DNA of 62,970 bases, counting the filler, from Gonapodya sp. JEL0774 (taxonomy: Eukaryota): NCBI GenBank assembly GCA_027604505.1. It is 9 parts of 9 records of this genome, joined end to end, with 100 filler letters (N's around TTAATTAATTAA, not from the genome) between each part and the next. Parts side by side here need not be neighbours in the genome. Positions count along the whole stretch, not along the records: positions 14,079 to 21,004 come from JADIIX010000549.1; positions 21,105 to 28,018 come from JADIIX010000550.1; 7 more parts are not named here. One strand, 5' to 3'. Shown piece by piece: positions 14,079 to 23,102 of this stretch; position 1 is the stretch's first letter, and each line of letters opens with the position of its first letter. A program made the position numbers and the translations under genes. Below the pieces are notes generated by a model, which was not told the DNA's origin, did no database searches, and saw nothing but the letters and a program-made list of their open reading frames with translations.

Positions 14079-15099
14079 TCGGGACCTCAAAACAGGAAGC
14101 AGAGAGGCTGTGTGTGGCTTTCATCAGCGCACGCTTGGCCTGTTCTTTGGTTCTGTATGTACGTATGATTTGGAATTACATCGTCTAGTTGGAAGCAGCA
14201 GTCTGACGCCATGAAGCCTGCGGACGGGGTTCATCAGGAATCGAGTCGTCAATTCATTCCATATGAACGTTGGTACATCTCGCGTGAAGCAAAATTTATT
14301 TGGTGTCACGGCGAGGTGCGTACGTACCTGCAAATGGTTCTAAACGCGAGACTCTTATTCTTGCACACCGACCGCAACCGTCAGCAATCAAGAACAACGC
14401 ACTCAAAAAACTCTTCCTCTCTGTACGTTTGTGGTGGACCAGACGGGGCATTGGCCGCCTCTTCAGTCTTCACAATGATCATCCATGTTACGTTCATGCG
14501 TTGTTCTAATACCCTTCCAAAGACCAAAGTCTCAAATTCGCCTTCACAATGTTTCTATCTTTGAATAATGTTCGCTCAACCTCAAAGCAAATATAATGTA
14601 ACACTATTCGTCCAAATGTAATTCACCATTCACCATTCCCTCGCTGATTGCCGAACGAGTAAACTGCACAATGGACTCGTGTAGTGCCGGAACAGCCAAA
14701 AAAGCAATGCCCATCCATTTCCAAACAGCATGACTGCTCTTACATGTGTTTATTTAAGATTGAAACGCCTGAATTGGATTCGGGCCCTTCTCCCCAGGGC
14801 CCACGGGGGGGGGCGACTAAATATGTAGACTCCACAAGCACCTGTACACCATGGGGAAGGATTTGAATGTACCCTGTCAAAAGGCACAACGCAATGCGCA
14901 GGCAGGGTACAAATTAAAAGCAAAGGACTGAGTGCGCAAAAGTTCATGCCCCCACTGTGGTAGGAACACATTCGCAAAATTAATTCGCAAAATCAGCTCT
15001 GAAAAACTTCCAACGTGCCCTGTCGAATCCCGCACACGCACGGACAGTGAAGGCGAACCGGAGATGACCGTCTAGTGAATGGAAAAGGGGTGCAAAATA

Positions 15100-15171
15100 T
15101 GCCCCCACTGTGGATTGAACACAGGACCTTCGCATTACAAGTGCGACGCACTACGACTGTGCTATAAGGGC
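15100..15171 (-). tRNA. tRNA-Thr (anticodon TGT), intronless
   Basis: Reverse complement GCCCTTATAGCACAGTCGTAGTGCGTCGCACTTGTAATGCGAAGGTCCTGTGTTCAATCCACAGTGGGGGCA folds as a cloverleaf. Anticodon arm is TCGCA-CTTGTAA-TGCGA, T-loop is TTCAATC, and TTTT runs follow downstream. Confidence 0.95.
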
Positions 15172-15238
15172 AGTAGTGACGTCAGCGTATGAACTCAACA
15201 CGACATTATATTAGATTAAAAAGTTTGCGGACAGTCCA

Positions 15239-15330
15239 AAATAAAAATGAAACTGACCGCGCGGCCAGTGGCAATTTTTTAATTTATGATTTTTTGGTGA
15301 ACTGGCCGCGCGGCTAGTTCCAATTTATTT
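15239..15330. repeat. ~30-bp imperfect inverted repeat, each arm containing a CCGCGCGG palindrome
   Basis: Left arm AAATAAAAATGAAACTGACCGCGCGGCCAGT; reverse complement of right arm AAATAAATTGGAACTAGCCGCGCGGCCAGT. Confidence 0.75.
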
Positions 15331-15516
15331 CAACTTTGAGACCCCTTACATATATAGGTTCGTATTTACTTCAAAATCACACTCCCGCATGTTGTCTGTG
15401 TATAACGTCATTTTAATGGAAGGCTTGTACGGGTCCCGGCACCGTCACCACACCGCCTAACTAATACTTCTCCCGAACCCTGTTAATTGTGGTTTTAAAT
15501 CCCTAGTTCCTTGTGT

Positions 15517-15732
15517 CGCCTGTGAGTGTTCGTGATCCGCAGGTGCTGAGTTCTGGGATTGTAGATCGCAACCAAGAATTTACCCCAATTTGTGGGTCCT
15601 CCAGACTCCGCCAACTCGCGCAATCCCCACACTCAGTGGAAGGTGAAAATTGCCTCGTGTGTTTTACTATATTACGGAGCTGTACACTGCATATACAGGC
15701 AGCGTGAGTAAACAATACGAGGAAAACGCCTT
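15517..15732 (+). ncRNA. Candidate structured non-coding RNA, family unknown
   Basis: Three consecutive helical domains: CGCCTGTG/CGCAGGTG; CTGAGT/ACTCAG plus GGGATTGT/GCAATCCC; AAGGTG/CGCCTT plus CCTCGTGT/ATACGAGG plus TTTACT/AGTAAA. The non-Watson-Crick pairs are G-U on the plus strand. Confidence 0.4.
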
Positions 15733-15767
15733 AGCCTGCTCCTTGCTCGTTCTAACAATCATGTTAG

Positions 15768-17635
15768 TCAAGATGAATCATCGACATCCTGATCAGCGTC
15801 TTCAAGCAAAATGATGTTGTCTGAGACACAACGAGGATCCACGAATATTCTCTCAATCTTCCGTTGTCTCGAAATGGGTTTTCTGAATCACATCACACTC
15901 ACCGACCAAGACTTCCCTTTCCGTCCGTAACCGCATGAGTTTTCTTCTCATGTATTCCAACTCATCCCCAATTATATCACGCTCCCGCTTTGCCAACTTG
16001 TATCGCTGTTTTGCGACGGCAAGCCGCTCTTGCCAGGTGGTGCCGAGTTGGGCAAGCTCGGCTGATGGGATGGAGAGTGAATGTGGAATTGTGGTCGGAC
16101 GCGCAGGTGGAGCACTGGAGTTGACATTAAGGTGAGAATTTTGACTGGTTGATCCGCGCCCGGCAGATGCAAGAGTGCTGATGGGTTGTGGAGGATGCGA
16201 ACTTGAAGCACTCCGCCTCGTAAGAGGTGTAGGACGGTTGGTGGCACTGGTACGTCCGCTGGAAGATTTCAAACCGAGCACGGACTCCCCATCTTCACTC
16301 ATACGCGCGGCTTCGATCTCTTCTAGTCTTGCTGCCAAGCTCGCTTCGCTGAATCGTGCAGCTTCTAGCTTTTCCAGCCGAGACGCCATGTCTTTGTCCG
16401 CTTGCACGCGAGCTCGACGAGCACCACTTGTTGCAATCATGGAGGCGCCACTCGCCAATCCAGGAGGTGAGCTGTTCACTAATTGTGCGTGAACTGACTG
16501 AATGTGTTTTGAGAGAGTGGAGTTTTGCACGTAGCGAGCGGGGCAATGGGGGCAAGAAAACGGCTTGTCGCCTGTCAAGGAGACAAATTTGAAAGAGTGC
16601 GCGGCGAGCAATTGGAGTAAACAGGCTTGAAGAGAGTTCAGTCTTACCACTTACCGGTATGTGTACGTAAGTGCGTAATCAAGGAGGAATGTCCCCGACG
16701 TGCAACTCCTTACATCAGGAAATATACGTTGCAAGCACAGGAACAGGTGTCAACGATGCAATGCCACATCGCAGCTTGGTACACTCATGACCCACCTCGA
16801 TCGGGTCAGTTCTCCCACTTGCAAGCAAACTTACTCTCCGTGTTACTCTCCGTCTTACCACAATGTACTTAGTTCGTGACCGGTGTAGTGGAAGCCGGGT
16901 GGATTGTCCACAACCGTCGTCACATAACAGCAACAATTACGAAACCATTTCAAACCGCACACACCATTCTCAACGTGTACCCCGAGTCTGTGAACGTTCG
17001 GGAACGATTCATTACACCCTTCCCACCTGCACACCTGAGTCCCTGTACTCCCGCCATGATCCACGTCACGAGCAAACGCATCCATCGAGGTTTCTACGGT
17101 CCCAGCGTTTGAGCTTTTCCACGGATGAACAAATGGAAAACAATACAGCACGAAAATGAATTGATGAAAGGACCGCGCTCAGCAATCGATCTTTCACTCA
17201 CGCCTTCTGTGTCTCCACCCCTGTGGCTGTGACCGAGCTCTCCGCTAGACGTTCCGATTTATCCGGTAGTGCTTCAACTCGCTGGGACTGCCGCTTCGCA
17301 CTGGGCTCAGCTGCATCCTCCAGGTCCTCGTCAACCAGTGCTCGTTCCCTCTTCACAGTTTCGGGCCGGGGCTGCGCGATCAGAGGCATACTCGCGAGAA
17401 CAGAGTCCATTCGAATGCTGTCAATCTTATCGGGCTGTGGCGGTTTCGTTTCTGTGGGGCTGTTGAGTAGAGCGGCTGCAATATGTAGAGGGTAGTGTGG
17501 TGGTAACTGGCGTTCAGAAGGAGTAGTGTTGCCGGTAGCGGGGGCTGGAAAGGCGACGGAGCGAATTTCTTGATGGGATGCTGGTGTCTTATCAAGGTTC
17601 ATCGTGGAATCATCGTTTGCGCCCGGATTGAACAT
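15768..17635 (-). CDS. GLI/Zic-type C2H2 zinc-finger protein with a C-terminal INO80E-like coiled coil (Iec1-like)
   Basis: Fingers include VCRWEGCNESFPNVHRLGVHVE and HLRTHTG|DKPFSCPHCPARYVQNSTLSKHIQSVH. The tail RYKLAKRERDIIGDELEYMRRKLMRLRTEREVLV|DNIILLE uses a final intron, with the stop at 15768. Confidence 0.8.
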
Positions 17636-17741
17636 GTTGGGTCACGTTCGATTCGTTGCGCTCCAAGTTGCAGATGTTCATGGATGAACCACCATCATGG
17701 CAATTGACAGCATAATCGCCCAACACATCAGCTCTTATATT

Positions 17742-19400
17742 TTACTTCTTGCCTACCACCACATGCACGAATCCGTCCGCGTAAGTCATGTTCTGTCCTA
17801 ACCAAATGATTGGAGTCTCGAGTGGAATCTCAACGCCTTGGATGACAGCGCGCAGACCAAGACCAATCGCTTGCGTAAGCGACTGCGCTGGAACAAGATA
17901 TGGCACGAGAATGGCGAGAGCTCTAAGCAGGGTGGTCTCATTGTGACCTGTTTTGACAAAGTTCATTGGTAATTTATACCCGGCGCGAGGGGAGACTTCA
18001 AAATTCATCTTCTGAGATCTGCATGGCTCCAAAGCTCACCTTCAGGTACATCGTTGAGATTTGAATACGGCGGTACCAAGTCTTGGGCAACTGGTTTGTC
18101 ACTCGCATACGCCCGAATCGGCACCCATCTGGGGGACACGAAAGGGGCTCGAGTAGATATTGGAGAAGATTGAGCGACATCCGTATTCGACGGTGTTTCA
18201 GTGGATGCGGGAGAGGCAGATGGAGGGTTGGGTGTAGAAACTGGAGAATCGGACGAAGCCACCCCAGCAGCTTGAGCTAGTGATGTCGAGGAAAGAGATG
18301 CGGACGAGATAGTAGACTGTGACGTGAGGCGACTGTAAACAGGCCAAAAAAGGTTGAAGTCATCTTGCGAACAGTTAGAGGGAACGTTGACGGTGCGTGA
18401 GGTGCATCGTCAAGACACGCGGAACAGTTGTTGAAGGCAGCGACACGACGCACTCGTTTCCAAGCCCGCCCATAGTTGACTCATTTCACTTCGATCCAGA
18501 GTCATTATCCGCTTGGTCGAGCCGTGACGTAAAAAGTCACCCTTCATGAGATCGTAATACGTGGAGTTGAAAACAACTGATTTCAGACTTCATCAACAGA
18601 GAGACCCCTCACCTGTTTCAGCGTGTTAATATACGCATCTTGTACCACAGCCACCACCTTTTTCATTCTCTCGTCGAAGCCGTCCTGTGGATTTGAACGG
18701 CCACCAAGTTCGCCCGGCACTGCCGCAGGCGGTGCGGGGTTCAACAGAGGCGACCGTAGCGACACAATTTTATCCACAGGATATCGTTCAAACTTCATGT
18801 GGAGACGCCAAGGGACCGCGAGCGAGAGTGTGGAATTCGTGGTCATGGAGCTGTGAAGCATGTGTATATCGTGCAGGAGGCCGATGGGATAGTGCCTGCG
18901 GATGACATAATTCAAATGAACAGGAAAAAATCATAAAGGTGTACGCACAAGGAACCAACGGCTCCTGCTCACGAAACAAGAGGTGTGGTATTGATGATCA
19001 CTCGGGTTTCGGCCCCTTACCATTTCAAAGGTGCGCCGTTCTCCGCCTCGAACCAGACCTGGGACGGATCCAGTTGTTCCACAAGCGCTCGTGCGGCTTC
19101 GTGTCCCAATTGCATGATGCGCGTTCGCAGAGTCGGGATGAGGAGGGGTAAGTACGACACCCGTTGGGCAAAGAGCTGATGTTCAAGACAGTCAAAAACA
19201 CAATGAATTCAAATGCTGAAATGCCTGTTCGTGTCCCATTGACTCACAAAAACGGGATCGGGATGTGTTCCCGAGGAATCAAACGACGAACTCGCGGGGT
19301 GGGGGGAATATGCAGAAGCCGACGAACGGGGAAGATCTATCACGACTTCAAGGGGAAGCAAGCCACTGAAAATACGTTGGTACAATGCGGGGTCGGTCAT
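17742..19400 (-). CDS. ATG5: Autophagy protein 5
   Basis: Exons read RVSYLPLL, VWFEAENGAPLKW|HYPIGLLHD, PWRLHMKF, YINTLKQ|GDFLRHGSTKRIM and IQGVEIPLETPIIWLGQNMTYADGFVHVVV*. Confidence 0.95.
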
Positions 19401-19591
19401 GCGTGATTGGTATCGCAGTTGGTGCAGAACATTCGCACAACCTGCAGAACGTAGTAGTTCACTGCATGTAATGAGCAGTACTCCCTACTTTAATACAACC
19501 TTTCAAAGCTAGATTTTACTACATAGTGCATGAAAAATGACGTGAAATGTATCAACTCATCCTACGAGCCACGGAACCGTTTACCATCAAC

Positions 19592-21004
19592 TCACGCAGA
19601 GGAACCCTCCTTGAACCGCTTCCTCGTGTATTGCTCCAAATCAGCCGCTTTGACTTGAGGCCATTTGGCATTATCCCATAGCTCCGGTTTGATGAAGAAG
19701 TCACCGCGCTGAAGGAGCACAGGGTACACAGCGCCAGCCTAGTTTACAACATCCGTTTGCACTAGTAAGTCCTCTTGACCCAGCATCTGAACGCAAACTG
19801 TAAGCAAAATACCTTGACTGCATCTCTCTGAGCGTAATTCGTGGTCTTGACTTGCCGTCCCGTCGCTCTCCGGAATATCTCGGGCCAATCGCCCGCTTTC
19901 CAGGCACCTCCAACGATACGTAAGGTCTTGTTGTGCGTTTTGGACTCGTCCGGGTCCGCGATCATCTCGATGACAAAGCTAGCGATCTGAATAGATGAAA
20001 CGGGACCGTAAGATGCTATTTAAAGCGCTCACAACGGTGAGATGTGCAGGCTTACATCATCCATCGAGATTCCCATGACTTGACCTTTTCCGTCTCCCAC
20101 TGTCACGCCACTGGCACCCTTATCTTTTCCAGTTGCTGCATCCCTCCCATGGTCCACAAACTTCATGATCTGGATGGATGAAATTGGGATGTCTTTGTGA
20201 TCTGCACATTCGCATTTTTACCAGCCTCGGAACGATGAAACTTACAAAGTCTGCGTACATGGCCTCGAGGAAGATACCGGTGATGACATTTGTTTGGGAA
20301 ATCCCAACCTCAGCGAGAAGGCTTTATGATTATAAATGTCCAGATGGTGTGTGAGCTGGTCGTTCCTACAGAACAAAAAAAACGTGCACTCACTCAGAGA
20401 TTCGCTTCTTTCTCTTGCCAATGTCCGATATCTGCGGTAGATTCTCATCATCTGGACCGTATCTAGTGGCCACAAAGCAAATGCGTATATCAATAGTGGC
20501 GAACGGCTCTTGTGTCCGCCACCCACCAAGATTGGACCACAACTCACTTGGAGGGGAAAAATCTTCTGACTGTTCCGGCCAATTTGGATGCCTCTACGAG
20601 AACTCTTTCGGATTCTGCGATCGCTTGTGGATCTTGGACAGCGACACACGAGAGAACGCAGTCCGAGCCTGCACACCGTAGATTCGAAGTATGTAATTCC
20701 AAGCTTAAGATTTCACCGGGGAAGTGGCGCATACGGTACGAACCTCGTAAAGCATCCGCAACCTCGTGTACATCCCTGTAGTCTACATTTACATACCGCG
20801 CGCCCGCCTTTATGAACTCTTTGGCCACTGTAGATTTAGATGCAGCCTACTCCGTTACTTAATGAGTTACATAAATCTCAAATCCAGGAACATCCACAGC
20901 TGCTTCCTCACTGATTCTTTCCGACCTAAAATCAAAACATCGTCAAAGCGGCCTTTGGCCTTTTCAATGAGCAGCCGGTGAGCGATAACGTTGCCAAGAG
21001 AGAA
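19592..21004 (-). CDS. NmrA/isoflavone-reductase-like NAD(P)-binding protein, 5' truncated, multi-exon
   Basis: Motifs AGARYVNVDY, LVEASKLAGTVRRFFPS and GDGKGQVMGISMDD|IASFVIEMIADPDE..NKTLRIVG. Confidence 0.8.
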
Positions 21005-21104
21005 NNNNNNNNNNNNNNNNNNNNNNNNNNNNNNNNNNNNNNNNNNNNTTAATTAATTAANNNNNNNNNNNNNNNNNNNNNNNNNNNNNNNNNNNNNNNN
21101 NNNN
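21005..21104. other. Artificial contig spacer
   Basis: N44-TTAATTAATTAA-N44. Confidence 0.99.
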
Positions 21105-21397
21105 GACCAGTTTGATCCCCAGGCACTTATTTTCCAGGAGACTGGCCGAGACGAGTCTGCCCCCGCCTGAACGAGCACAGTGACGATCTCGGGTGAAGCT
21201 CTGATGACGGCGATGGCGATCGCCGATTCTGCAAGAATTGTTTCGGTTTTGGTCCCTTCTGAGTCCTTGAGTTTGCGAGTGAGGGTGACGCTTTTCCTGG
21301 CGTTCGGGTCCGCTCCTTCAGCGAGAGCTTTCCTGACGAGTATGAGACTGGATGCCTCGACAGCAGAGATAAGTTCAGCGTCCTTGACGTTGGGCAT
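21105..21397 (-). CDS. Ankyrin-repeat-like protein with a beta-rich insertion, 3' truncated
   Basis: LISAVEASSLILVRKALAEGADPNARK ... ESAIAIAVIRASPEIVTVLVQAGAD. Confidence 0.75.
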
Positions 21398-22279
21398 GAG
21401 TGTGTTCAATGATTGTCACCGCCAGCATGAATATTAATCCGCGCTTCCACTGCAACTCCACACCCTGCTTGACAGCAACAACTCAAATCAAATATTGACA
21501 TACACAAACTCTGTTACGTAGTAGACTATACTCGCTAGCAGTGCGAAGGGTTATCTGTGCAATATCACCGCCATGTACTATAACTCCTCCGAAGAGCTCC
21601 AGCCGTTCCTCAGCCGAGCAAAGGTACGCGCTTCTTTTGATATTCCTTGAATATGTAGGAAGCACCTGGCTTTTCTGTCGTGATGTCATTTTCACCCAAA
21701 TACGACGACGATGGGAACCAGGCACCTTTGCCACGCAGCAAGTACCTTGGCACTATACGAGCGTAAATACACGATGATAGAGAGGTGTGATGAGATCAGC
21801 GCACCAGAAGGGGATTGATCACGTTCTGCGTTGAGCGACGTGGATTGTCGATGTGTTTTTAGTCTGTAGGATGATTTTCTTCCCGTCCCCAGAAACGCTG
21901 GTGTGATTTGTCCCTCGTATCTCACACAAAACGCGAAAGTCTCAGGCAGAACAAGCTTGTTTTGGCCATTGGCGCCTGGGATGATGTAGAAAGAGTCAGC
22001 AACGGGTGCGATTTAGGTTTGGTGCAATGCAATCCCCCATTCCTCCAACAAAGCAGTTTGAATGGGCAAGAATTTTAAGCTTGAATGAGCTACACATAAA
22101 GAGGGGCATTTCTTTTTATGGAGTTGTGACTACAATTGGAAATAATGATCTCCAGCCGTTCCGCAGAACGCCATCCCCATCCGCTCCATCCGCTGGAAGA
22201 GTGAGAATAGCCTATAAAATACTTGGAAAGAAGCACAGACGGTGATAGAAACGACGAACAACAGAATGACAGAAAGAGT

Positions 22280-22356
22280 ATGGGGCCCCGTTCGCAGTCG
22301 GAACACGAGCCGACTCCCAGAGCACGCCGCGGGGAGGCCGGGCCCCATGGTGCTCC
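22280..22356 (-). ncRNA. HDV-like (delta) self-cleaving ribozyme
   Basis: Minus strand reads G^GGAGCAC-C-ATGGGGCCCG-GCC-TCCCCGC-GGC-GTGCTCT-GG-G-AGTCGG-CTCGTGTT-CCGACT-GCGAA-CGGGGCCCCAT. This gives a 7-bp P1 with a G-U wobble at the cleavage site, P2, 3-bp P3, L3, CC/GG P1.1, a P4 hairpin and J4/2 GCGAA with the catalytic C. Confidence 0.92.
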
Positions 22357-23102
22357 CTAAACAGAACGCAATAACGAAGCTTCCCCTTTTTGTACTGTAG
22401 CGGTGTGTATTACGTGCTTCCTTTCTCTCTGACCTTCACCATCACTCAACTCGCACCTCCCCTCTTCACGACACCAACTCACGAACCAACATCCCGCTTG
22501 CCTCCATCAATGTGGCTCAGGTGGAGAGTCGCACCTTCTTCCGCGCCCATCCCCAGCGCTTGACTTACGCACTCAACATCGCCCTGGATAGCCGCACCAC
22601 ATGAACCACGAGGGACCGTGGTCAGCTATTGAGTGAGCGAACCCACATATGGCTTTCGCCACGACGACGCCTTACTACGGCAGGAGTCGGATGGTCGGAG
22701 GGGTCCAGCCTGAGCATGAAGTACAGTTGGTGTCAGGAACATTCGTGACATGTTTGGCCTGTGCTGTGCCAAATAAATTGTATATTCATTTTGTATTTCA
22801 TTTTGTCCCCTTGGCTTCAGGTGCAGCCTTGGATCATGCCCCTGGAGAAAAAACGTTTCTCGCGTTGAGTTGAGACGTCATCATTTCGCGATTTTCTTCG
22901 AATGAAAAGAATCAAGTTCTTATTACATCGAGAGGTCGCACGACCAGCATCTTGCAGTCTATTGACACTGTGAATGGTGGACCCCCTTTGATATGAGCGT
23001 TCAAGTGTTTGTAACATATTGTGAAACTGATCCGATAAATCGGCCTTCCGACCACCTAACTTGCACGTGAAAACTGAGCATCACGAAATACAGACACTTC
23101 AT

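Noticed and set aside
14782..14813. GGGCCCT/AGGGCCC hairpin with a possible pseudoknot to a G run
   Set aside because: Short and low complexity, with no slippery site or ORF context.
15455..15506. Telomerase RNA template (AACCCT, CCCTA) ahead of the structured region
   Set aside because: No 1.5-repeat template and no identifiable pseudoknot or CR4/5.
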